Below are positions 18,434 to 27,663 of a stretch of 64,000 bases of DNA, piece after piece. The position numbers were made by a program, and so were the translations under genes. The notes beneath the pieces were generated by a model, which saw only the letters and a list, made by a program, of their open reading frames with translations, did not search any database and was not told where the DNA came from. This DNA is from Sulfurovum sp. (GTDB lineage Bacteria; Campylobacterota; Campylobacteria; Campylobacterales; Sulfurovaceae). The stretch covers positions 34,311 to 98,310 of the forward strand of contig JALUXB010000009.1 in assembly GCA_027019175.1 (NCBI GenBank), written 5' to 3'. The number at the start of each line of letters is the position of its first letter. Positions within the stretch are counted from its first letter, which is position 1.

Positions 18434-20353
18434 ATGGAAGCATTAGCAAAAGCCAAAGAGGCAAGAAGCAAAAAGCTCAATAAAGTAGAAACGACCAAAG
18501 CGCTTAAAGACCCGATGGAGGTCTACAAGCGTTTGGAAGAGATCGCAGCAGCAGGTTATGAGGGATTAAGCAAAGAGGATTCCGCCTACTTTCTAAAGTG
18601 TTTCGGACTCTTCGATAAGGGCGAGGACTTTATGTTACGTGTGCGTATCCCCGGCGGGCAGCTGACCAATGCACAAGCGATACGCATCGGTGAAGTGGCA
18701 AAGGAGTACGGCAATGACTACATCGATATTACCACCCGTATGCAGGTGGAACTGCGCTATTTGCAGATTGCTGACATTGCAAAGGTACTCAAAGCGCTTA
18801 AAGAGGCAGGCATCTCCACCTTCCAGACCGGGGTGGACAACCCGCGAAACATCGTCACCGACCCGCTTGACGGTATCGCTTATGACAACATCATCGAGTC
18901 CATGCCCATCTTGACGCAGCTTCAGGAGATCTTCCTCGAAAATCCCGAGTGGATCTCTGCCCTGCCTCGAAAATTCAATACCGGTATTTTGGGAAGCCTG
19001 AGCAACTCCTGTAACATCTTCGGGCATGACTGTAACTTCGTACTCGCCAACAAAGACGGTAACTTTGGCTTCAACGTCTACCTTGGTGCCCGTGTCGGTG
19101 TACAGGCACGGGATGCTGACCTCTTCGTTACTCCCGAAGAGGTACCCGTATTTTTCAAAGCCCTGCTAAACGTTTTCAAAACCTACGGCTACCGCGACAA
19201 CCGCAACAAGAACCGTCTGCACTTTCTGCTGCAGGATGTGGGTATTCCTGCATTCATCGAAGCGGTCAAAGAGGAGGCCGGACTCTCCTTTGCCTCAGGC
19301 GGCATGACACTGGTGCAGTCGCAAAACATCGCGCTGGGTGCCAACCGTGTGCTGCTTAAAAACGGCACCTATGCCTACAAGGTCATCGTCCCCTCCGGTA
19401 TCTTCAGCGGAACGGATATGATCGCAGCAGCCAAAGCGGCACAAAGCTACGGCAGCGGCGACATCCGTCTCAGCTACGACCAGAACCTTTTCATTATCAA
19501 CATTGACAAAGAGAAGCTTGATGCCTTTGAGAACGATCCGCTCATTGGCAAATATGCCCAGTACAACAACCTCTATTTTCAGGATATGATTGCCTGTGCG
19601 GGAACACAGACCTGCAGCTATGGCGTCATCCCCAACAAACCCGATGCCATCGAGATGGCACACTTCCTCAACTCCGAAGTGCCCATTGCCAATGCCAACG
19701 TACGTATGAACTGGTCAGCCTGCCCCAAAGGGTGCGGCGTACACGGCATTGCCGACATCGGTTTTGAGGGATGCAAGGCAAAAGATGCCGAGGGCAACCG
19801 TGTAGATGGTGTACACCTCTTTATGGGCGGCAAGATCACCCGCCAAGCCAAAGAGGCGCACATCCTGCACAAAGCACTGCCGATCGACGAAGCCAAACAC
19901 CATGTCAAGTATCTTCTGAAAACATATGCGGTATACAAAGAGCGCGGAGAGACCTTCGAGAGTTTTGAGACACGCTTTTTCAGCAAGAACTACAGCTACC
20001 AGGCGATCAGCTTCTTTACCAAGATCAACTACATCCTCCGCGACAAACTGGGACTGGATGTAATGTTTGAGCTTGACAAAGAGCCCAAAAGTGGACGCCG
20101 TGAAGAGTACGAACTCTTTACCTTCGGACTCAAACTCTTCAAACTCCTCACGGGAGAGAAGCGTTTTGAAGCTGTCACAGGACTTGCTCCCACACTCGCA
20201 CGCCCAAGAAAGATCAAACGGGATGAAGTAAGCAAGCTCAACCCGAAAGTCCCGCCGAAACTCTCTGAAGTCATCTACAATATGACCCATGAGAACAAGA
20301 GTGAGCGTGCGCAGGTCTTCTCGGAGTTGCTTATGGCACTTAAAGAGGTGTAA
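18434..20353 (+). CDS. nirA: Ferredoxin-nitrite reductase with C-terminal extension
   Basis: MLRVRIPGG, ITTRMQVELR, ALPRKFN, siroheme/FeS ligands ACAGTQTC and SACPKGCG; nitrate-cluster context. Confidence 0.9.
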   Translation: MEALAKAKEARSKKLNKVETTKALKDPMEVYKRLEEIAAAGYEGLSKEDSAYFLKCFGLFDKGEDFMLRVRIPGGQLTNAQAIRIGEVAKEYGNDYIDITTRMQVELRYLQIADIAKVLKALKEAGISTFQTGVDNPRNIVTDPLDGIAYDNIIESMPILTQLQEIFLENPEWISALPRKFNTGILGSLSNSCNIFGHDCNFVLANKDGNFGFNVYLGARVGVQARDADLFVTPEEVPVFFKALLNVFKTYGYRDNRNKNRLHFLLQDVGIPAFIEAVKEEAGLSFASGGMTLVQSQNIALGANRVLLKNGTYAYKVIVPSGIFSGTDMIAAAKAAQSYGSGDIRLSYDQNLFIINIDKEKLDAFENDPLIGKYAQYNNLYFQDMIACAGTQTCSYGVIPNKPDAIEMAHFLNSEVPIANANVRMNWSACPKGCGVHGIADIGFEGCKAKDAEGNRVDGVHLFMGGKITRQAKEAHILHKALPIDEAKHHVKYLLKTYAVYKERGETFESFETRFFSKNYSYQAISFFTKINYILRDKLGLDVMFELDKEPKSGRREEYELFTFGLKLFKLLTGEKRFEAVTGLAPTLARPRKIKRDEVSKLNPKVPPKLSEVIYNMTHENKSERAQVFSELLMALKEV

Positions 20354-20366
20354 GCACTTTGCGAAG

Positions 20367-20394
20367 CGTTGAGTGTTGAGCGCTGAGCGCTGAG
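20367..20394 (+). repeat. Degenerate heptamer tandem (CGYTGAG x4)
   Basis: CGTTGAG TGTTGAG CGCTGAG CGCTGAG directly after nirA stop. Confidence 0.8.
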
Positions 20395-20409
20395 AACTCA
20401 AAAGAATAA

Positions 20410-20552
20410 AGCTTTTGTGTTACTTTTGCACTTTTTGTGCAGATGCGGTTGCGCCCATATGTGCGAAGCACGGCGCAAAGAGCATCATCCGCACAATTGC
20501 AAAAGTAACGCTTTTGGCGCTACCTTTTCTAAAAAGGTAGCAAAAACGCCAA
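20410..20552. repeat. Nested-hairpin intergenic element
   Basis: GTTACTTTTGCA/TGCAAAAGTAAC outer stem, inner TTGTGC/GCACAA, GCGCC/GGCGC, GTGC-GAA-GCAC; second hairpin GCTACCTTTT/AAAAGGTAGC. Confidence 0.75.
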
Positions 20553-20614
20553 ACTTCAAAAAGAGTTTATGTTACAAGACTATAATTGAATAATAGCAAA
20601 AAAGGAAACAACAG

Positions 20615-22222
20615 ATGGCAGTGGAACCATTGAGCAAACACACACCGTTAGAGAGCTTCATCAACCACAAGAATGACACCGGTATGCAGTGCGGCAACTA
20701 CACCATCGATATTCCCGAGCTCAAGCCCGGTGAGCAGTACCGTTTTCACTTCGATGCCACCGCCTGTGTGGGCTGTCACTGCTGTGAAGTGGCCTGTAAC
20801 GAACAAAATGCCAATCCCGACGAGATCAAATGGCGCCGTGTGGGTGAGATGGAGACCGGCTCTTTCCCTGACACACTCCAGCTTTTCAACTCGATGAGCT
20901 GTAACCACTGCATCGACCCCGAGTGTCTGCGCGGCTGCCCTACCGAGAGCTACATCAAACTTGACAACGGGATTGTCTGGCATGATGACCCAAGCTGCAT
21001 CGGATGCCAGTACTGTACCTGGAACTGTCCCTATGAGGTGCCCGTCTTCAACCCTGACCGCGGTATCGTCACTAAATGCCATATGTGTGTGGACAAGCTC
21101 GAGGCAGGACAGACACCTGCGTGTGTCCAGGCGTGTCCCGGCGGAGCCATCGAAATAGAAGCTGTCAATGTCGAGCAGTGGCTTTCAGAAGATATGGCAA
21201 AAGAGGGAGTCGCTCCCCATCTGCCTGACATCAATATCACCAAACCCACCACACGTTACACCCTGCCTGATCTTCCTGAAGGTCAGGAGATACGTCCGGC
21301 TGATGAACACATCCTCAAGCCTGCCCATGCCGAATTGCCGCTTGTCTTTATGACGGTGCTGACACAGGTTTCGGTGGGGGCTTTTCTGGCACTGTTTTTG
21401 GGGCAGCTGCTCTACTCGCTTGGCTTCAACCTGCCAAAACCAAACCTTATTATGGCGATATTGGCATTCCTGCCTGCAGCCATAGGCCTGCCGCTTTCGG
21501 CAATGCACCTTGGACGCCCCGGTAAAGCGATGAGTGCGATGAAGAACTGGAAAACTTCATGGCTCAGCCGTGAAGCGATCGCTTTGGGTGCCTATACCGG
21601 TCTGGCAACCGTTGTAGCCGGACTCTACTTCCTTGATGTCGGCGGTGTTCTTCTGCTCCTGCTTGAAGTCCTGACCCTTGGCATCGGACTCTACGGTATC
21701 TACGCGCAGTCGATGATTTACCGCATCAAAGCACGTCCAAGCTGGAACCGCAAGAGTACCACCAAACGCTTCTTCGGTTCAGGCTATGTCGGCTTCCTGC
21801 TTATCGCCACCGCTCTGCTCGCAAGCAACGGCGCGCAGGGTGCAACTGTACTGCTTGCCGTCACGCTGCTTGCAGGCATGGGGCAGGCACTGGTGATCTT
21901 TGAGGAGGTGATGTTCTACCGCCACCTCGACAAAGAAGATCCGCTCTACTATCAGTACAACCGAAGCCGCATCCTGCTGCAGGAGCACTTTGGAAACATC
22001 AAGAAGTTCCGCATATGGTCACTGGCAGCCTTTGGGCTGGCACTGCCGCTTTTTGCTATTCTCTTTACCGCCAGTGGTTTAACAGGTTTAGCAATTGCCA
22101 CACTTGTCATCGCCACACTCGGTGCCTTGGCATCCGAACTTGCCGGACGCTACCTTTTTTACCGTACTGTGGTACCATTGGGACTTGCGGGGAACTTCTT
22201 TGCGGGAAACCAGCGACATTGA
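20615..22222 (+). CDS. Fused 4Fe-4S (DmsB-like) plus DmsC/NrfD-like membrane anchor subunit
   Basis: CVGCHCCEVAC, CNHCIDPECLRGCP, CIGCQYCTWNCP, KCHMC..CVQACP then ELPLVFMTVLTQ, SAMHLGRP, SWLSRE and multiple TM helices. Confidence 0.88.
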   Translation: MAVEPLSKHTPLESFINHKNDTGMQCGNYTIDIPELKPGEQYRFHFDATACVGCHCCEVACNEQNANPDEIKWRRVGEMETGSFPDTLQLFNSMSCNHCIDPECLRGCPTESYIKLDNGIVWHDDPSCIGCQYCTWNCPYEVPVFNPDRGIVTKCHMCVDKLEAGQTPACVQACPGGAIEIEAVNVEQWLSEDMAKEGVAPHLPDINITKPTTRYTLPDLPEGQEIRPADEHILKPAHAELPLVFMTVLTQVSVGAFLALFLGQLLYSLGFNLPKPNLIMAILAFLPAAIGLPLSAMHLGRPGKAMSAMKNWKTSWLSREAIALGAYTGLATVVAGLYFLDVGGVLLLLLEVLTLGIGLYGIYAQSMIYRIKARPSWNRKSTTKRFFGSGYVGFLLIATALLASNGAQGATVLLAVTLLAGMGQALVIFEEVMFYRHLDKEDPLYYQYNRSRILLQEHFGNIKKFRIWSLAAFGLALPLFAILFTASGLTGLAIATLVIATLGALASELAGRYLFYRTVVPLGLAGNFFAGNQRH

Positions 22223-22255
22223 CAAAGAAGATATACTGTACTATAATATGTACAG
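22219..22255 (+). promoter_or_regulatory. yefM-yoeB sigma70 promoter and operator
   Basis: TTGACA 22219-22224, 17-bp spacer, TATAAT 22242-22247; inverted CTGTAC/GTACAG flank the -10. Confidence 0.85.
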
Positions 22256-22279
22256 GATTTAGAACATAAAGGAGTTGTA

Positions 22280-22534
22280 ATGCAGGTTGTCAACTTTACA
22301 GAAGCAAGAAACAATTTAAAAGCACTCTGTGATACCGTCTATGAGAACAGTGAAGAGGTCATCATCAATCGCAAAAACGGAGAAAATGTAGTCATTCTTT
22401 CATTGGAGAGCTATAATGCACTACAGGAGACTGCTTACCTGCTGGCGTCTGCCAAAAACAGAGAACGTCTGCTTAGTTCACTTGAGCATGCCCGTACAGG
22501 CAAAGTAACACAAAGAGAATTAGCAGAGTCATGA
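22280..22534 (+). CDS. yefM: YefM/Phd family antitoxin
   Basis: NFTEARNNLK, VIINRKNG, YNALQETAYLLASAKNRERL. Confidence 0.93.
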   Translation: MQVVNFTEARNNLKALCDTVYENSEEVIINRKNGENVVILSLESYNALQETAYLLASAKNRERLLSSLEHARTGKVTQRELAES

Positions 22535-22791
22535 ATCTTCTTTTCACAGAGGAAGCATGGGAAGACTACTGCTATTGGCAGCAGTACGATAAAAAGTTAC
22601 TCAAAAAGGTAAACAGCCTTTTAAAAGAGATACAAAGAAACCCGTTTGAGGGTACCGGAAAACCTGAAGCACTAAAACATGAACTTCAGGGATGTTGGTC
22701 ACGGCGCATTAATCAGGAACACCGCCTGGTCTATGAGGTCTTGGACACACAGATAAATATCTTGGCTTGCCGGTATCATTACGGTAATTAG
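22531..22791 (+). CDS. yoeB: YoeB/Txe family toxin
   Basis: AWEDYCYWQ, GTGKPEALKHELQGCWSRRINQEHRLVY, CRYHY; ATGA overlap with antitoxin. Confidence 0.95.
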   Translation: MNLLFTEEAWEDYCYWQQYDKKLLKKVNSLLKEIQRNPFEGTGKPEALKHELQGCWSRRINQEHRLVYEVLDTQINILACRYHYGN

Positions 22792-22793
22792 TA

Positions 22794-25127
22794 ATGGAGA
22801 ATAATATGAGTCTCATAGACAAAGCAAAAAACTTTCTCGGCTTCGACATCAAAGAGGACAAATACGCCCTCGTCGACGACCCAATATTTGGTAAAGTTGC
22901 CAAAGCCAAAGCCCCTGACAAGTGGGTACGAAGCACCTGCGGCTACTGCGGTGTAGGCTGCGGCATGTACATCGGTGTCAAAGACGGTAAAGCGGTCTAC
23001 TCCAAAGGCGATCCGCTCCATCCGGTCAATATGGGCACACTCTGCCCAAAAGGCTTGAGTGAGCACAGAATGGTACGTGCCGACAACCGTATACCTACGC
23101 CGATGCTCAAAAAAAACGGCACGCTTCAGCCTGTTTCATGGGATGAAGCATTCAGCCATACTGCAGAAGAATTCAAACGTATTCAACAACAGTACGGCAA
23201 AGGTGCGGTTGCTGTGGTCTCTACTGGTCAACTACTAACAGAAGAGTTCTATGCGCTGGGCAAATTTGTGCAGCTTGGGCTTGAAACAAACAACTATGAC
23301 GGCAATACCACACTCTGTATGGCAAGTGCCGTCATGGGATACAAACAAACCTTTGGCTCAGATGGTCCTACCGGATGTTATGAGGACTTTGAAAAAGCAG
23401 ATGTCATTATGCTTATCGGTGCAAACATTGCCGACAATCACCCTATTTTGAAGCTGCATATTGCCAAAAACAAAAAAACCACAGGGAAAAAACCAACCAT
23501 TATTGTTGTTGACCCCAGAAAATCCAAAACCTCACAGATGGCAGACATTTTTGTGCCACTTAAACCACGCTCCGATCTGGCGCTCATCAATGGTCTGTGC
23601 TACATCATCATGGAACAGGGATGGGAGGATGAAAACTTCATCAAAGAGCGCACCAACGGCTACAGAGAATTCAAAAAACACATCATGGAGAACTACCCGC
23701 CACAAGAGGTTGCTCACATCACCGGCATCGATGTCAAGGAGCTTTACAACCTTGCACGCATTTACGCCGGTGCGGATGCGGTAATGAGTGCCTGGACCAT
23801 GGGTGTCAACCAAAGCTCCATCGGAACCGATACGGTCTCTGCCATCTGTAACCTTGCACTCATCACCGGCAACCTTGGCAAAGAGGGAGCTTCACCTATG
23901 TCCATCACCGGACAGTGCAACGCCATGGGTACACGGGAGTTTGGCTTTACCTCATCCATCCCCGGATACCGCAACTACGCCAGTGAAAGTGACCGAAGAG
24001 AGTTTGCCGAGATCATCAGTGTATCCGAAGAGCTCATCCCCACTGCAAGAGGCTACGCCTACCCGCAGATTATCGAGGCGATCAACCGCGGCGAGATCAA
24101 AGCACTCTGGGTTGTTGCCACCAATCCACTGGTAAGCTACCCTGATCAAAACGGACTTAGAGAAGCACTCAAAAAACTTGACATGCTTGTGGTACAGGAT
24201 GCCTTCATGTCCGATACGGCACAAATAGCCGATGTGGTCTTCGCCGCAGCGACATGGAGCGAAAAAGAGGGTTGCTACACCAACAGTGAGCGCCGCTGCA
24301 ACTATGCCAAAAAAGCCATAGAACCTCTTGAACAGAGCAAGGCAGACTTCTACATTGTCAAAGAGTTCTCCAAATATTTCGGCGACAAACACGACCTGCT
24401 CTTCAAAAATCTCAATACCCCACGAGATACTTTCGAGGAGATCAAACGCGTCAGCAAAGGCAGACTCTGCGACTACAGCGGTATGAGCTACGAACTCATT
24501 GAGGAGCTTGGCGGCATCCAGTGGCCATGTAATGACAAAGCCCCCAAAGGCACCAAACGCCTCTACTCCGACGATATGCCATGTCCTACCCCTGATGGCA
24601 AAGCACAGCTGCTGCCGGTTGACTGGGTACCGCTGAGTGAAATGCAGTGCAAAGAACTGCCTGTCATGCTCAATACCGGACGAACGGTAGAACAGTTCCA
24701 TACCCGTACCAAAACCGGTACCATCGGCATCCTCGATGCACTGGCTCCCGAAGCATGGATAGACATTAATCCCAAAGATGCTGCCAAACTCAAAGTCAAA
24801 AGCGGAGACCGCATCGCCATTTCCGGCAGCCGCGGGCGTGTAGAGGATGTCATCGTCAAAGTGAGCGAAACCGTACGGGAAGGCAACATCTTCGTACCGT
24901 TCCACTTTAACGAACAGCTTATCAATGCCGTTACTATCCCCGAGTTCGACCCCAAATCCTTCGAGCCAAACTACAAACAGTGTGCTGTACAGCTGCACTC
25001 CGAAGCGGTACCCGAAGGCATCGTCTATGAAGAGCTGGAAATCAGCGGCTACCTGGAGAATGTAAAAGTATACAAAGAGGAAGAGACGGCACAAAACGAT
25101 ATGGCTGCTGCAGAGGCGCAAAAATAG
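22794..25127 (+). CDS. Molybdopterin nitrate reductase catalytic subunit (assimilatory NasA/NarB-like, cytoplasmic)
   Basis: STCGYCGVGCG..GTLCPKG, NTTLCMASAV, SITGQCNAMG, LNTGRTVEQFHTRTKTG, EPNYKQCAV; no Tat signal. Confidence 0.9.
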   Translation: MENNMSLIDKAKNFLGFDIKEDKYALVDDPIFGKVAKAKAPDKWVRSTCGYCGVGCGMYIGVKDGKAVYSKGDPLHPVNMGTLCPKGLSEHRMVRADNRIPTPMLKKNGTLQPVSWDEAFSHTAEEFKRIQQQYGKGAVAVVSTGQLLTEEFYALGKFVQLGLETNNYDGNTTLCMASAVMGYKQTFGSDGPTGCYEDFEKADVIMLIGANIADNHPILKLHIAKNKKTTGKKPTIIVVDPRKSKTSQMADIFVPLKPRSDLALINGLCYIIMEQGWEDENFIKERTNGYREFKKHIMENYPPQEVAHITGIDVKELYNLARIYAGADAVMSAWTMGVNQSSIGTDTVSAICNLALITGNLGKEGASPMSITGQCNAMGTREFGFTSSIPGYRNYASESDRREFAEIISVSEELIPTARGYAYPQIIEAINRGEIKALWVVATNPLVSYPDQNGLREALKKLDMLVVQDAFMSDTAQIADVVFAAATWSEKEGCYTNSERRCNYAKKAIEPLEQSKADFYIVKEFSKYFGDKHDLLFKNLNTPRDTFEEIKRVSKGRLCDYSGMSYELIEELGGIQWPCNDKAPKGTKRLYSDDMPCPTPDGKAQLLPVDWVPLSEMQCKELPVMLNTGRTVEQFHTRTKTGTIGILDALAPEAWIDINPKDAAKLKVKSGDRIAISGSRGRVEDVIVKVSETVREGNIFVPFHFNEQLINAVTIPEFDPKSFEPNYKQCAVQLHSEAVPEGIVYEELEISGYLENVKVYKEEETAQNDMAAAEAQK

Positions 25128-25171
25128 CACCAAGTGTGCTATAATGCCGTACTTTTTTCAAGGAAACCGCC

Positions 25172-26632
25172 GTGGCAGAAACTATCGTCAAAACACAGAA
25201 ATTCATCCTCAAACTTTTTCCGGAGATTATGGTCAAGGGTGCATCAGCAAAGAAGCAGATGGTCAACCAGCTCTACCAAAACCTCCTCACACTCTTAAAA
25301 CCGATAGATGATGCAATAGAGATCAAAAAATTTTCTGACAAGATCGAAGTGGTCACCCCCATCGAAAAGGTTGATACGGTACGAGAAATACTCCTGAACA
25401 CACCAGGTATCGAACAGGTACTTGAGGCGCTACAGTTCAACAAAACCGATACTCTTGAAGCTATCAAAGAGAAGGTTGCCCAAACTGTTGCCAAAGAGAT
25501 AGCAGGTAAAAGCTTTGTTGTACGTGCCAAGCGTACCGGCACCCACCCTTTCAACTCTTCCGAAATGGAACGGGTCGTCGGTGGGTACACGCTGGCTCAC
25601 ACTGATGCAAAAAAAGTCGACCTGCACAATCCTGATGTAACGGTACGCATCGAACTGATCAACCAGCAGCTCAATATCATCACTGCCAAGTATGAAGGCC
25701 TGAGCGGGTTCCCCATTGGTACACAGGGGGACATCCTCTCTCTGATGTCCGGGGGGTTTGACTCTACCGTAGCAAGTTTTTTGACAATGAAGCGCGGTAT
25801 CAAAACACATTTTATCTTTTTCAATCTTGGCGGTGCTGCACATGAGATCGGGGTAAAGCAGGTAGCATGGTATCTTTGGAGCAAATTTGGCGCTTCCCAC
25901 CGTGTCAAGTTTGTTACTATTCCCTTTGAAGATGTCGTTACTGAAATCTTTCGCTCTACACACGAAAGCTATATGGGAGTTACCCTCAAGCGGCTGATGC
26001 TCATGGCTGCCGAGAAAATTGCCGATAATATGGAGATAGATGCCCTACTCACAGGCGAAAGTGTCGCACAGGTCTCCAGCCAGACACTGCGCAACCTTGC
26101 ACTTATCGACCAGGCAACCGACAAACTGGTACTTCGCCCCCTTGCTACCGTCAACAAACCGGAAATCATCCGCATTGCCACACAGATCGGTACACGCCGC
26201 TTTGCAGAGAATATGCCTGAATACTGCGGTGTTATCTCTAAAAATCCTATTACACACGGTTCTTTCAAGCGGATGGAACGCGAAGCCAAACATTTTGATT
26301 ACAGCGTTCTTGATAAGGCTGTAGCAAATGCCAAAACAATTTATGTCGATGAAATCGTCGAAGACATTACTGACAATGCCCCTATTGATATCGTTACCTC
26401 ACCCAATCCTGAGAACGATGTCATCATTGACATCCGTGCAGATGAAAAAACTGTAGAAACCCCCTGTGAAACCATTAAGATCCCTTTTCACCAGCTCAAA
26501 ACAGAATTTAAAAAACTGCCTAAAGAAAAGAACTACCTGCTCTACTGTGACAAAGGTGTACTAAGCCAGCTTCATGCACAATACCTTAAAGATGCCGAAG
26601 GTGCCGATGTGAAGGTATACAGACCGGAATAA
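25172..26632 (+). CDS. thiI: tRNA 4-thiouridine synthase with rhodanese domain
   Basis: THUMP domain, SLMSGGFDS PP-loop, MPEYCG, C-terminal LLYCDKG rhodanese. Confidence 0.95.
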   Translation: MAETIVKTQKFILKLFPEIMVKGASAKKQMVNQLYQNLLTLLKPIDDAIEIKKFSDKIEVVTPIEKVDTVREILLNTPGIEQVLEALQFNKTDTLEAIKEKVAQTVAKEIAGKSFVVRAKRTGTHPFNSSEMERVVGGYTLAHTDAKKVDLHNPDVTVRIELINQQLNIITAKYEGLSGFPIGTQGDILSLMSGGFDSTVASFLTMKRGIKTHFIFFNLGGAAHEIGVKQVAWYLWSKFGASHRVKFVTIPFEDVVTEIFRSTHESYMGVTLKRLMLMAAEKIADNMEIDALLTGESVAQVSSQTLRNLALIDQATDKLVLRPLATVNKPEIIRIATQIGTRRFAENMPEYCGVISKNPITHGSFKRMEREAKHFDYSVLDKAVANAKTIYVDEIVEDITDNAPIDIVTSPNPENDVIIDIRADEKTVETPCETIKIPFHQLKTEFKKLPKEKNYLLYCDKGVLSQLHAQYLKDAEGADVKVYRPE

Positions 26633-26635
26633 CAT

Positions 26636-26657
26636 GTAGGGTGCGTAATCACGCACC
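26636..26657 (+). repeat. GTAG-type REP palindrome
   Basis: GTAG-GGTGCGT-AATC-ACGCACC after thiI. Confidence 0.9.
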
Positions 26658-26721
26658 GACAGTGAGCAAATTCTGCATTGTTTGATTGAAGCGAAGTTTA
26701 AAATTTAAGTCATTCCTACAC

Positions 26722-27573
26722 TTACTCACACAGCCGTTTCAAATCGCCCAGATCAAACAGCAGCAACGTCTCACTCTGCATTCCGAGCAGCTCATTGGAA
26801 AACCCGTCTTTGGAAAAAAGTGCATAGATATCGGCATGAATTCCTGACTGCTCTGCTTTCGCCTTGAGTTTGTTCAGTTCATTCTTACATACTTTTCGGT
26901 CTTTGTATTTACACTCGCCAAGAATGATTTTCTTCTCACTTGTAACAGCAAGAATATCGAACTCACTATGATGATTCCAGTAACTCCCATGACTGAGCAG
27001 AGGGCTGCGCGATTGAAAATAATCGACCAACAGATCATTACAGAGCTGTTCAAATACCAAAGTACGGAGACGCTCATAGTGTGCTTCAAAGTTCGAGAGG
27101 AATGCTGCAGTATTCCCTTCCAATAATGCCTTTTTGTAAGGAAAAACAAACCCAAACCAGAAACGTAAAAAAGGCTGTTTAAATCGCAATTTGTCCTGAA
27201 TCCGGTAATGGCGAAGCTCTTTTTTGAGTTTATGTTTGGGATGCACTTTCAAGGGCTGTTCCCGGCTTGCTTCAATACGCAGGATACCAAGAGAGATAAG
27301 TTCCGTAACGATTTTTCCTCCTGTCTCCTCACTGAGTTTCGCTTTTCGCAGTACCGAATAGTACTTTCCATCCCCTTTTGCAACAGCCTGCAGTACATCA
27401 CAGTAAGGAGCTTCAAGCAGATAGGAGGGTGTAACAATCTGCTGTACTTCTGCAAAATTCGTTATAAACTTGGAATGCAGCAATGCCGTCATACTTTCGA
27501 AAAAATCCAGTTCAACCTTCTCCTCCACTCCGCCAAAAACTGAAAAATATTCAATAGCACTCTCAAGCGGCAA
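26722..27573 (-). CDS. DUF234-type protein (winged helix plus PD-(D/E)XK-like C-terminus), no ATPase domain
   Basis: YFSVFGG, FLRFWFGFVFP, SYWNHHSEFDILAV..ILGECKY; start uncertain (frame stays open to 27648). Confidence 0.7.
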   Translation of the reverse strand: MPLESAIEYFSVFGGVEEKVELDFFESMTALLHSKFITNFAEVQQIVTPSYLLEAPYCDVLQAVAKGDGKYYSVLRKAKLSEETGGKIVTELISLGILRIEASREQPLKVHPKHKLKKELRHYRIQDKLRFKQPFLRFWFGFVFPYKKALLEGNTAAFLSNFEAHYERLRTLVFEQLCNDLLVDYFQSRSPLLSHGSYWNHHSEFDILAVTSEKKIILGECKYKDRKVCKNELNKLKAKAEQSGIHADIYALFSKDGFSNELLGMQSETLLLFDLGDLKRLCE

Positions 27574-27663
27574 ATAGGGATGATAGTGACAAAAATGCTT
27601 AAATGGTTCTTTAATAAGGCTGTTTCCTCTCTTTCTTTTCCATATAGTTTAACATAAGTTTGA

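Noticed and set aside
18434-20353. Calling the NirA-like gene a sulfite reductase or CobG
   Set aside because: Same fold family, but the narK/nitrate reductase context and shared operator favour nitrite reductase
22794-25127. Calling the Mo enzyme NapA or formate dehydrogenase
   Set aside because: No Tat signal or nap accessory genes, and the cluster context is assimilatory
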